64,000 nucleotides of DNA from the human T2T-CHM13v2.0 reference genome, Homo sapiens: the NCBI RefSeq assembly GCF_009914755.1, contig NC_060938.1; one strand, given 5' to 3'. The notes below the pieces were generated by a model. The model was not told the origin of the DNA. It saw only the letters and a list, made by a program, of their open reading frames with translations, and ran no database searches. The position numbers and the translations under genes were made by a program. Positions 1 through 13,314 of this stretch are shown in pieces; the stretch's first letter is position 1; every line of letters starts with the position of its first letter.

Positions 1-425
1 TAACATAGAACTGAAGAAAAAAAGAGAGATTGTGTTAATTGGACAGTAGTGTTAGGGATCAGAATTTTCTGGATTTAATTACATTTGTATCATATTGTCA
101 TTTTGGTGATGCCAAATCTGTTTATTTAGCATAATTTCCTTTAAATAAAACTTTTAAGTTTAAAGCAATGAACACCTATTGCTGAAAAACCCAGAAAGTA
201 CAGAAAATCCAAAAATAAAAATACCACTTAAATATATATGTGCATATCTATATGTATTCTTTTTGGTCGGTTTTGAATGAATATATTTTTAAATATTAGA
301 GTTTATTTCTTAGAGCAGTTTTAAGCTTATAGAAAAATTGAACAGAAAATAAGAGTTCCCCTATATACCCCCCACTCCCCCTACCCCCTGCACCAAGTGC
401 CAGCCATGACTTATTCTCCCCAACC

Positions 426-707
426 TTTTTAAGAGAGTCCCACTCTGTTGACCAAACTGGAGTGCAGTGGTGCGATCATAGCTCACTGCAGCCTTGAACT
501 CTTGGGCTCAAGCAGTCCTCCCACCTCAACCACCTGAGTAGCTGGGACTATAGGTGTGCTACCATGCCTTGCTAAGTTTTAAATTTTTTGTAGAGACAGG
601 TCTTGCTATGTTGCCCGGGCTGGTCATGAACTCCTGGCTTGAAGCAGTTCTTTTGCCTGGGTTTCCCAGTGCACTGGGATTACAGGCATGAGCCACCATG
701 CCTAACC
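426..707 (-). mobile_element. AluJ
   Basis: Antisense Alu dimer with J-type diagnostics (gcgatcatagctcactgcagccttgaactc, ggctcaagcagtcctccc). Confidence 0.9.
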
Positions 708-1481
708 CTCTATTATTAATATTTGTATTGGCATGGTATATTTGTCATAATCAGTGAAGTGATATTGATATATTATTAACTGAAATCCATAGTTCACATT
801 AGGGTTCACTTTGTGCTGTACAATTCTCTTGCTTTTGCCAAATGCATAATGTCATTTATTCACTGTAGCATAATCATACAGAAGTTTCACTGTCCTAAAA
901 ATCTCATGCTCCACTTATTTATCCCTCCCCACCTGCCTTGCCCCTTAACCCCTGGCAAACTAATCTTTTAAATCTCCACAATTTTGCTTTTTCCAGATGT
1001 CATATAGTTGGAATCATACATTATGTGTTTTTTTTCTGACTGGCTTTTGTTTTTTTTAAGGTTCCTACATGTCTTTTTTGTAACTTTACAGCTCATTTCT
1101 TTTTATTGCTGAATTGTACTGTATTATATGGATGCATCACAGTTTATTTATCCATTTAACAACAGTTAGTTGGTGCTGGAACTGGACATCCACATGCCAA
1201 AAAAAAAAAAAAAAAAAAAAAAAGGCAGGGGAGTTGGGATTAGACACTGACCTTATACCTTTCACAAAAATGAACTCAATATGGATCATAGATGACATCT
1301 TGATTGCTTCCAATTTTTTGGCAATTTTGAATAAATCTAATGTAAATATTTGTGTGCAGGTGTGTGAGTGGGCATACATTTTCAACTCACTTGGGTAAGC
1401 TGTAGCAGTGAGATTGCTGGATCATATGGCAAAACTATGTTTAGCTTTGTAAGAAACTGCCAAATTATCTTCCAAAACGGC

Positions 1482-1774
1482 TGTCTATCTAGGCTGTTAT
1501 AACAAAATATAAACTGGGTAGTTTAAACAACATACAGTTTTGGTGAGGGCCTTCTTCCTGGTGTTTACCTTCGCATCGTGGAGAGAGAAAATTCTGTGTC
1601 TCTTCCTCTTCTTCTGAGACCACCAATTCCATCATGGGAACTCTACCTTCATTATCTCATGTAACTTAATTACCTCCCAAAGGCCCCATCTCCTCATACC
1701 ATCACACTGGAAGTTAGGACTTCAACATATGAATTTGAGGGGAGAGGAGGGACTCAAACATTCAGTCCATAACA
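1482..1774 (-). mobile_element. MaLR solo LTR (MLT1A-like), internally deleted
   Basis: aggctgttataacaaaat...ttaattacctcccaaaggccccatctcc...acattcagtccataaca matches MLT1A-type termini. Confidence 0.75.
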
Positions 1775-2143
1775 GTGATTATACCATTTGGCATTTGCAG
1801 CAGCAATGAATGAGAGTTCCTATTTCTTCACATCTTCCCCAGCATTTGGTGTTGTCACTATTTCAGATTTTAGCCATTCTAATAGATATGTGGTAGTATT
1901 CTGTTTTAATTTGCAATTCACTAGTGCCATACAGTGTTGAGAATCATTTCATATGCTTGTTTGTCATCTGTACATCTTCTTTGGTGAGATGTCTGCTCAG
2001 GTCTTTTGCCCATTTTATAATTGGGTTGTTAGCTTTCTTACTATTAAGTTTTAAGGGTTCTTTTTATATTTTGGAAAGAGTTCTTATATATTTTGGTTAT
2101 AAGAGTTCTATTTATATATAAAGTTGAGTTGAGTTGGATATAA

Positions 2144-2514
<371 letters not shown>

Positions 2515-3408
2515 GAGCAGAGGTTTTCAACTTCACTGAAGTTTAACTTCTCAATTGTTTTATTTTATGGATTGTGCTTTTGGTGTTATATCTGAAAACT
2601 CATTGCCAAATCCACAGTCACCTAAATAATCTCCTGTGTTATCCTCTAGAAGTGTTACAGTTTTGCATTTTACATTTAGGTCTGTGATCCATGTTGAGTT
2701 CATTTTTATGAAAGGTATAAGGTCAATGTCTAGATTCTATACCCTGTTTTTGTTTGTTTGTTTGTTGTTTTTGCAAGTAGATGTCTAATTTTTCCAGCAC
2801 CATTTGTTGAAATACTATCTTTTCTCCATTGGATTGCCTTTGCTCCATTTTCAGAGATCAGTTGACCATCTCTGTGTGGGTCTTTTTCTGGGATCTTCTG
2901 TTCCATTCATCTATTTGTCTGTTTTCCAATATCACACTGTCTTGATTACTTTATATATAAAGTAATCTTCAAAAAAGTCTTTGAAGTCAGGTAGATCAGT
3001 CCTCTTACTTTGTTATTCTTCAATGTTATATTAACTCTTTTGGGTGTTCTGCCTTTCTGTATAAACTTTAGAATTAGCTTATTGATAGCCATAAAGTAAC
3101 TTGTCAGGATTTCAATTGTGATTGTGATGAATTTATATATAAAGTTGAGAAAAATTGACATTGACAATATTGAGTCTTCTATCCATGAACCTGGAATAGC
3201 TCTTTATTTATTTAGATTTTCTTTGGTTTCTTTCTTCAGTTTTATAATTTTTGTCATATAGAGCTCATAATGTATTTTATTAGACTTTAACTTCTGTCAT
3301 CCCTTTATCTCTCTCTCTCTCTCTCTCATTCTCGTGCTAATGTAAATGGTGGTGTGTGTTTTAAATTTCATTGCCCATTGGTGGTATATAGGAAAACATT
3401 TGACTTTT

Positions 3409-3703
3409 TTTTTTTTTTTGAAACAAGAGTCTCGCTCTGTCACCCAGGCTGGAGTGTAGTGGCGTGATCTTGGCTCACTGCAACCTCTGCCTCCCGGGTG
3501 CAAGCTGATAATCCTGCCTCAGCCTTCCGAGTAGCTGGGATTACAGGCGTGTGCCACCACACCGGGCTGATTTTCGTACTTTTAGTAGAGATGGGGTTTC
3601 ACCATGTTGGCCAGGCTGGTCTCAAACTCCTGACCTCAGGTGATCTACCTGCCTCGGCCTCCCAAAGTGCTGGGATTACAGGCGTGAGCCACCACGCCCA
3701 GCC
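3409..3703 (-). mobile_element. AluSx
   Basis: Full antisense Alu with TSD acatttgactttt at 3396-3408 and 3704-3716. Confidence 0.93.
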
Positions 3704-4278
3704 ACATTTGACTTTTGTATATCAACCTTGTATCCTACAACCTTGATATAGTTACTTATTAGTTCCAGCAGGGGTTTTTTGCTGGTTTTTTTGGGGGGTG
3801 GAGGGGCAGGGGCAAGTTGCAAACTCTTGGGATTTCCTACATAAATGACCATGTCATCTGTGAACAAAGATAGTTTTATGTCTTCCTTCCCAATCTGTAT
3901 ACCTTTTCTTTCTTTCTTTTGTCTTATTCCATTGACTTCTGCTACTGACTGATTCCTTTTATTTTTAGTGTTACGTAGGAATGGTGAGAGGGGCCATCCT
4001 TGTGTTGTTCCCAACTTAGGAAGAAGGTATCAAGTTTCTCACCATTATGCAGTTTGCTAGCTGTAGGCTGTTTGTAGATGTTCTTTCTTGCTGAGAGTTT
4101 TTAATCATGAATAGGTGTTGGATTTGGTGGACTACTTTTCTTGCATCTATTGATATTATTAAATTATTTATCTCCTTTAGCCTGTTGATTTGATGGACTA
4201 TCTTGATTGATTTTTCGATGATGAACTAGCACTGGATGTCTGAAATAAATTCCAATTGGTCATAGTGTATAATTCTTT

Positions 4279-6189
4279 ATTTATTTATTTATTTATTTAT
4301 TGATCATTCTTGGGTGTTTCTCGCAGAGGGGGATTTGGCAGGGTCATAGGACAATAGTGGAGGGAAGGTCAACAGATAAACAAGTGAACAAAGGTCTCTG
4401 GTTTTCCTAGGCAGAGGACCCTGCGGCCTTCCGCAGTGTTTGTGTCCCTGGGTACTTGAGATTAGGGAGTGGTGATGACTCTTAACGAGCATGCTGCCTT
4501 CAAGCATCTGTTTAACAAAGCACATCTTGCACCGCCCTTAATCCATTTAACCCTGAGTAGACACAGCTCATGTTTCAGAGAGCACTGGGTTGGGGGTAAG
4601 GTCATAGATCAACAGGATCCCAAGGCAGAAGAATTTTTCTTAGTACAGAACAAAATGAAAAGTCTCCCATGTCTACTTCTTTCTACACAGACACGGCAAC
4701 CATCCGATTTCTCAATCTTTTCCCCACCTTTCCCCCCTTTCTATTCCACAAAACCGCCATTGTCATCATGGCCCGTTCTCAATGAGCTGTTGGGTACACC
4801 TCCCAGACCGGGTGGTGGCCGGGCAGAGGGGCTCCTCACTTCCCAGTAGGGGTGGCCGGGCAGAGGCTCCCCTCACCTCCCGGACGGGGCGGCTGGCCAG
4901 GCGGGGGGCTGACCCCCCCACCTCCCTCCCAGATGGGGCGGCTGGCCGGGCAGAGGGGCTCCTCACTTCCCAGTAGGGGCGGCCAGGCAGAGGCGCCCCT
5001 CACCTCCCAGACGGGGCGGCTGGCCGGGCGGGGGGCTGACCCCCCCACCTCCCTCCCGGACGGGGCGGCTGGCTGGGCGGGGGGCTGACCCCCCCACCTC
5101 CCTCCCGGACGGGGCGGCTGGCCGGGCGGGGGGCTGACCCCCCCCCACCTCCCTCCCGGACGGGGCGGCTGGCCGGGAGGGGGGCTGACCCCCCGCACCT
5201 CCCTCCCGGACGGGGCGGCTGGCTGGGCGGGGGGCTGACCCCCACCCCCCTCCCAGACGGGGTGGCTGCCGGGCGGAGACGCTCCTCACTTCCCAGATGG
5301 GGTGGCTGCCAGGCGGAGGGGCTCCTCACTTCTCAGACGGGGCGGCTGCCGGGCGGAGGGGCTCCTCACTTCTCAGACGGGGTGGTTGCCGGGCAGAGGG
5401 TCTCCTCACTTCTCAGAGGGGGCGGCCGGGCAGAGACGCTCCTCACCTCCCAGACGGGGTCACGGCCGGGCAGAGGCGCTCCTCACATCCCAGACGGGGT
5501 GGCGGGGCAGAGGCGCTCCCCACATCTCAGACGATGGGCGGCCGGGCAGAGACGCTCCTCACTTCCTAGATGGGATGGTGGCCGGGAAGAGGCGCTCCTC
5601 GCTTCCTAGATGGGATGGCGGCCGGGCAGAGATGCTCCTCACTTTCCAGACTGGGCAGCCAGGCAGAGGGGCTCCTCACATCCCAGACAATGGGCAGCCA
5701 GGCAGAGACGCTCCTCACTTCCCAGACGGGGTGGCGGCCAGGCAGAGGCTGCAATCTCGGCACTTTGGGAGGCCAAGGCAGGCGGCTGGGAGGTGGAGGT
5801 TGTAGCGAGCCGAGATCACGCCACTGCACTCCAGCCTGGGCACCATTGAGCACTGAGTGAACGAGACTCCGTCTGCAATCCAGGCACCTCGGGAGGCCGA
5901 GGCTGGCGGATCACTCGCGGTTAGGAGCTGGAGACCAGCCCAGCCAACACAGCGAAACCCCGTCTCCACCAAAAAAATACGAAAACCAGTCAGGCGTGGC
6001 GGCGCGCGCCTGCAATCGCAGGCACTCGGCAGGCTGAGGCAGGAGAATCAGGCAGGGAGGTTGCAGTGAGCCGAGACGGCGAGATGGCAGCAGTACAGTC
6101 CAGCTTCAGCTCGGCATCACAGGGAGACCGTGGAAAGAGAGGGAGAGGGAGACCGTGGGGAGAGGGAGAGAGGGAGGGGGAGAGGGAGA
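4279..6189 (-). mobile_element. Full-length SVA retrotransposon (SVA_D-like)
   Basis: (TTTA)n tail 4279-4301, SINE-R ~4302-4800, GC-rich VNTR ~4800-5745, Alu-like domain ~5746-6130, (AGAGGG)n hexamer ~6136-6189. TSD ataattcttt at 4269-78 and 6190-99. Confidence 0.96.
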
Positions 6190-7140
6190 ATAATTCTTTT
6201 TATACATTGTTAGGTTTGATTTGCTAATATTTTGTTGAGGATTTTGCATCTACATTAATGAGAGCTATTAGTCTGTTTTCTTTCTCATGATGTCTTTATG
6301 TGGTTTTGGTATTAGTGTAATATTAGCCTCATAGAATGATTTAGGAAGGATTCCTTCTGTTTCTATTTTCTGGAAGAAATTATACAGAATTGGCATCATT
6401 TGTTCCTTAAATGTTTAGTAGAATTCACCAGTGAAACTATCTGAGTGTGGTGCTTTCTCTTTTGGAAAATTATTGTTTATTCTATTTCTTTGATCAATAT
6501 AGAGACCTATTCAGATTACCAAATTCTCCTTGTGTGAATTTTGGTAGATTGGATCTTTCAAAGAATTGGTTCAATTCATGTTAGCTATCAAATTTGTGGG
6601 TACAGTGTTATCCATAATATTCCTTTATTATCGTTTTAACGTCCACGTGATTAGTTGTTGTGGCCTTTTATTTCTAATATTAGTAATTTGGGTCTTCTCC
6701 CCTTCTTTCTCAGTTAGCCTCACTAGAGGTTTATTCATTTTACTGATATTTTCAAAGAACTAGCTTTTCAGTTTGTTAATTTTCTCTGTTGTTTTTCTAT
6801 TTTCAGTTTCATTGATTTCTTCTGCTTACTTTGGATTTAATTTGTGCTTTTTTCTAGTTTGCTAATATGGAAGCTTAGATAATTGGGTTTAGCTTTTTCT
6901 TCCTTTTCATTATGTGTATTCAGTGCTGCGAATATACATTTAAGTACCACTTTTGCAGCGTTCCACAAATTTTAATGTTTTATTTTCATTTAGTTTAAAA
7001 TATTTTTTATTTCTTGACATTTCTTTGATTCTTGTGTTATAAATAACACAAAGTGCTTCAGCTATCTTTTTGTTAATGATTTCTAGTTCCATTGTGGTTT
7101 GAGAGCATACTTTGTATGATATCTGTTCTTTTAAATTTAT

Positions 7141-7680
7141 ATTTGACCCAGCCATCCCATTACTGGGTATATACCCAAAGGACTATAAATCATGCTGCTA
7201 TAAAGACACATACACTTGTATGTTTATTGTGGCACTATTCACAATAGCAAAGACTTGGAATCAACCCAGATGTCCAACAATGATAGACTGGATTAAGAAA
7301 ATGTGGCACATATACACCATGGAATACTATGCAGCCATAAAAAATGATGAGTTCATGTCCTTTGTAGGGACATGGATGAAATTGGAAATCATCATTCTCA
7401 GTAAACTATCGCAAGAACAAAAAACCAAACACCGCATATTCTCACTTATAGGTGGGAATTGAACAATGAGAACACATGGACACAGGAAGGGGAACATCAC
7501 ACTCTGGGGACTGTTGTGGGGTGGGGGGAGGGGGGAGGGATAGCTTTAGGAGATATACCTAATGCTAAGTGACAAGTTAATGGGTGCAGCACACCAGCAT
7601 GTCACATGTATACATATGTAACTAACCTGCACATTGTGCACATGTACCCTAAAACTTAGAGTATAATAAATAAATAAATA
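7141..7680 (+). mobile_element. 5'-truncated young L1 (L1PA3-like) 3' end
   Basis: ORF2 C-terminus FDPAIPLLGIYPKDYKSCCYKDT...WMKLEIIILSKLSQEQKTKHRIFSLIGGN*, L1PA 3'UTR with G-tract, AATAAA at 7665-70 and (TAAA)n tail. No clear TSD. Confidence 0.93.
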
Positions 7681-8057
7681 ATTTGTTAAGGTGTGTTTTG
7701 TAGGTCAGAATATTGTTTAGCTTGGTGAAATGTTCCCTGTGAACTCGAGAAGAATGTGCATTCTACTGTGGCTAGATGAAGTATTCTATAAATCAATTAG
7801 ATTGATGGTGCTGCTCAGTTCAACTGTGTCTTTACCAATATTCTCCCTGCTGGTTATGTCAATTACTGATAGACAGGTATTGAAGTCTCCAAGTATAATA
7901 GTGAATTTGTATATTCTCATTGCAATTCTGTAAGTTTTTACCTTATGTATTTTGACAGTCAGTTGTTAGGTGCATTATACATATTAGGTATAATTGTGTC
8001 TTCTTGGATAATTAAACCTCTGTCATTATATAATGCTGTCTATTGCTGATAATTTTT

Positions 8058-8115
8058 TTGTTTTTTGTTCATTTTTTTAAAAACTTTTTTATTCAATATT
8101 AGAGCTCAGGTAAGA
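8058..8115 (-). mobile_element. 58-nt TSD-flanked micro-retroinsertion of unknown source
   Basis: 17-bp direct repeat tattgctgataattttt at 8041-57 and 8116-32. On the minus strand the insert reads tcttacctgagctctaatattgAATAAAaaagttttt followed by an A-rich tail. Confidence 0.7.
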
Positions 8116-10278
8116 TATTGCTGATAATTTTTCTTGCTCTGAAATCTACTTTATTTGAAATTGGTAGAGCTACTCTAGCTTTCTTTTGATTTGTGTTAGC
8201 ATGGTGTATTTTTCTCCAACCTTTTACTTTTAACCTATGTGTATATCTTCACATTTAAAGTGGATTTTTGTACCTAACATATAGTTGGTCTTCTTTTTTT
8301 TTTAAATCCACTTGGACAGTCTCTGCCTCTTAACTGGTGTATTTTGGGCTATTTACATTTAAAGCAGTTATTGATATAGTTGGGTTGTTTCTATAATTGT
8401 GGCTGTTTTCTATTTGTTGCCCTATTTTTGTGTCCTTTTTTATCTTCCTCTAGTTTTCTGCCTTCTCTGGTTTTAATGGGTCATTTTATAATGATTCCAT
8501 TTTTTATTATGTCTTAGCATATCAGTTATAACTTCTTCTAGTGTTTGCCCCAGAGCTTGCAATATATATTTACCACAAATCCAAATCCACTTTCAAATAA
8601 CTTTATATATCCCTTCATGGGATATATAATGCCAAGACCTTATAACAGAGTATTCCTAATTTCTCTCTCCCATCCCGTAAAGCATTACTATCATTCGTGT
8701 TAGTTATCCATAAGCTATGATCACCAAATACATTGTTGCTAGTATTATTTTGAATACACTGTAGGTAAATTAAGAACTTAAAAAAGATTTCATTTATACC
8801 TCTCTAACACTCTTCTTTATACATATTTGAGTTTATGATCTATATAATTTTCCTTCTCTCTGAAGCTAGCAACAAATTTCCTGTTTTGTTTATCTGAGAA
8901 ATTCTTAATTATCCTTCAAAAGTGAAGGAGAAATACTGCAGAATGCAGAATTCTAAATGGGTGGTTTTATTCTTTCAAAGGAATTCAAACATCTTTATTC
9001 TATTCCACTCTCTTCTTGCTTGCATGATTCCTGAAGAGAAGGCACATGTAAATATTGTTCCTCTCTAGATAAGGTTCCTCCAGCCCAGCGTTTTTCAAAA
9101 TTTTTTTCTGACTTTTTGCAGTTTGAATATGTTATTCTTAGGTGTAGTTTTATTTCTTTGGGGTTTTTTGTTGTTGTTTGTTTGTTTTTTGTATGGATAC
9201 TTGATGTTCTCTAGGTTTTATAGATTTGTGGTTTTGTGTCTCTCATTAATTTTGGAAAATTCTCAGGCATTATTATTTCAGTAATTTTTTCTTTTTCTTT
9301 CTTCTCCTCTGGTACTCCCATTACATGTATGTCCACCTTTTGTAAATTGTCCCACAGTTCTTGGATATTCTGTTCCATTCTTTTAATTCAGTTTTGTAAG
9401 TTTATGTTCACATATCTTTAAGCTGATTCTTTCCTTGGTCATATCCAACCTACTACTGAGGCCATTAAAGGCATTCTTCATTTCTGTTATGGTGTTTTTT
9501 TATTTTTAGCATTTAAAAAAAATTTTTTTTCCTTGGAGTTTCCATCTCTCTGCCTGCATTACTCATCTATTCTTGCATGTTGTCCATTTGTTTATTATTA
9601 GGTTTTTAGCCTATTATTCATAGTTAAATTCCCAGTCTGTTACTTGCAAACTCTCTGTAATATCGGAGTCTGGTTCTGAGGGTTTGTATCTTCAGACTAT
9701 ATTTTTTGCCTTTTAGCATGCCTTGTAATGTTTTTATTGAAAGCCAAATGTGAGGTATTGGATAAAAAGGAACTGAAGTAGATAGGCTGTTAGTATGAGG
9801 TTTTGTGTTTATCTGGCTAGGAGTTGGGGTGTGCTTACTGTAGCCATAGCTATGGTATCAGATGCTAAAATTTCTTCTAGTGTCCTTGTTTTTGTCTCCC
9901 TTGTCTTTAGGCCTTTTAGAGACTCCTGAAATAGGCAGTTCTTTTAGCTGCAATTTCTCCTTATTGTTCATCAGTCTTATTGATGTGATGGTATGGTTTG
10001 TGGGGAGGAGGAAGTGTTCCGTAGTAATATCATTAGGTCTCAGTCTTTTAGTAAACCTGAATTGGGTATTTCTCTTCCCCCTGGTGGGTTAGGCTTTGAT
10101 AAAACTCCAGTAGATTAAGCTCTGGTAAACTAGTTTTCCTTTAGGCCATGCGTTGTTAAGGATCTGTTGAGTATGAATTGAGCTAAAACGTGAAAATTCT
10201 CTGGAACTGAAGAAAAGTACAATTATGTTTTATTATAATGATAGTAATCATCACAAACAGCTATAAAAAGGAATATGA

Positions 10279-10622
<344 letters not shown>

Positions 10623-11766
10623 AAAAAGGAATATGAAAATAAGTTGGTTTTAAATGTAATGTTTAATTTTTGTAACTTCTGTTATTATAATGTGTAGAAA
10701 TATTCCAAGTGAGATTCTTATAAATGAATTTCAATATTTATTTCAATATGAAATCTACAAAATTCTGAATGGAGGGACAGACATTCTAGCAATAATACAT
10801 GCCTAGCATAATTTCATCTGGCTCTGTACTTCATATAAAAATTAACCATAACTTCTTACATTACTGAATAACTAAAATATAGATTCTATAATGTTTATCG
10901 AAATGCTCAAAGATCATTCTTTGGGTCCAGGAAATTAGAGGCAACTGCCTGGAAAAGTGTACAGTAAAATAATAAAATTAACAAAAACAAGAATAATATC
11001 TCTTTTCCTGTCATGTACTATTTCGGTAGTATATATTTATGAAATAGTTGATGGGTCTGAGGCAGAAGACCTATGTATTTCTGAAGTATTGTGCAAGCAG
11101 TGAGAAGAATAGAAGTGTCCATGTAGCTTAGCAAGTATTTATATTCCCTTTTTGTAGGTATTTGAGGTCTTAAACTATTATCTAAGAAACTGTTAAAGTT
11201 CTTAAATAAAGGTAGAACCTGAGTAATATTAACGTTTTGCATCGTAAAGTAATAAAACTGTGGCATTTGCAAATCTCAAAAATTACCAAGAATGATGCAG
11301 TTGTGATGCTGGATGGTAGGCTCATCTATTGTCTAGGTAAGCGATCATTTCCTATAGCAAACTGTGGGATCCCTGTTAGGTACGGCACGTTATATTATTA
11401 AGTTTATTTATTCAATTACGCATTTATTTTGTGCTTTTTATTTGCCTGCAATAGTGGTAGTTACTAAGGCAACAAAATGAATAGGTTTATGTTTATGTCC
11501 TTGTTCCAGACTTATGGGGGAGACAGATACACATAAAAACATGCAGTTTGCTAAATGCAATGATTGAGATACCTCTGAGAGTTAAATTTCTGAAAATTTT
11601 AATTCCTGAAAGCCAAAGATTTTCTGTACCACTTCTGTGTGGAGTACATATCAAATGTCGGGACCAGGGATACTAATTATTAACTCTCCACAGCCCATCT
11701 AATAGAATCTATTTGAGGAATACACCTCTCGCTGTCTTGTGTATGTCATGTAAACACTCCCTCCCT

Positions 11767-11769
<3 letters not shown>

Positions 11770-11813
<44 letters not shown>
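11770..11813. repeat. (AC)22 microsatellite
   Basis: Perfect dinucleotide run read directly. Confidence 0.97.
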
Positions 11814-11815
<2 letters not shown>

Positions 11816-11904
11816 CCATGCAGAAACACATGCCCATTCACACCTGTTCCTAACCCTGGGAAACTAATCCTTTAGGCTGGGCTCTGCCAATCAAATTCCC
11901 TGTT

Positions 11905-12090
11905 TAGAGGTAATGTAACCTGGTAGTTGTGCTCTCCAACTCTGGAGTCTGACTGGTCTGGATTCTGACTCCTTCACTGGTCATCTGTAAGTGTACTTGC
12001 CCCATAGGATTGTTCTGGCAATTAAAAGAAATAATATTTCTAAGCATGTAGCACACTGCTCAGCACATGGTCTTAGTGTTAGAATCATTA
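11905..12090 (+). mobile_element. MIR remnant
   Basis: actctggagtctgac...ggattgtt...attaaaagaaataat...catggtc..agtgtt resembles the MIR core and 3' end. Confidence 0.55.
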
Positions 12091-12971
12091 CAAGATAGGG
12101 ACTCTAGTTTACATGGAGGTGAGACTAAGCTGTAAAATCTTGTAGACTGATGCTGATACCTACAAGGTGGGCTGTGAGCAAGAGATAAGTCACTTAGCAG
12201 AAAGGAGAGTATAGCAGACCCACCCAGACCCCACAGCCACATAGAAATGGGTAAGAATTGCAGATTTCTCATTGCGGGAAGATCAGTTATACTTTCTGCT
12301 CTTCATCTCTTGGCAATTCCATTGTATTCTTTCAGTAATCTTTCTTTTCATTTGAGCTAATTTGTCTAGGTTTTTATTCCTTACAACCAGTGAACCTTGA
12401 CTAACACCATTCTCAAAGAATATTTACTGGTTTTTTTTATATAGGTTAGAGGAAATAATCATACGCAAGTTACGTTCCATGTAGTACTAACTTCTGAACT
12501 CCAGTATTCTTTATGAATTATATATTCTAGTCTAACCCAGCAGGTAGCATCATCAGGCATAAGTAATATTCTGTTTTTCCTCTTCTTATACTTTTCTGGT
12601 TTTTGTGGTATATCTACCTCTTATCTCCAATACTGCAAGGAAAAGAAATAATTTGTTGGTACACTAAGAAAATGCATCCTTTAGAGCCAAAATGTAACAT
12701 AATCTGATTATGTTGTATATGTTGTTTCCTGTGCACTGAAGCCTAAGAAGAGCATTTTGGGTTATATCACTGATTCATTCCATTCACTACTCTGATTAAC
12801 AGTGATTCTCAGTGACTTTGTAGGACATATGGTTGCCATCCATGACATCAAGGCCTGAATATTCATATTTTCCCCCAAACATTTCATCTCTGACTTTCAT
12901 ATTCTGTTGTGACAATTAGTTCTGTAAGAATTTTACATATTGTATAAAAGTTTTATTTTACATGCTCTTAA

Positions 12972-13314
<343 letters not shown>

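Noticed and set aside
4469-6069. Many overlapping Pro/Gly/Arg-rich ORFs and a CpG-island-like region
   Set aside because: All lie within the SVA; not a host promoter or gene.
8105-8118. Minus-strand tcttacctg resembling the U1 snRNA 5' end
   Set aside because: The match stops after 8 nt (cttacctg) and is just the complement of a 5' splice-site motif; no U1 body follows.
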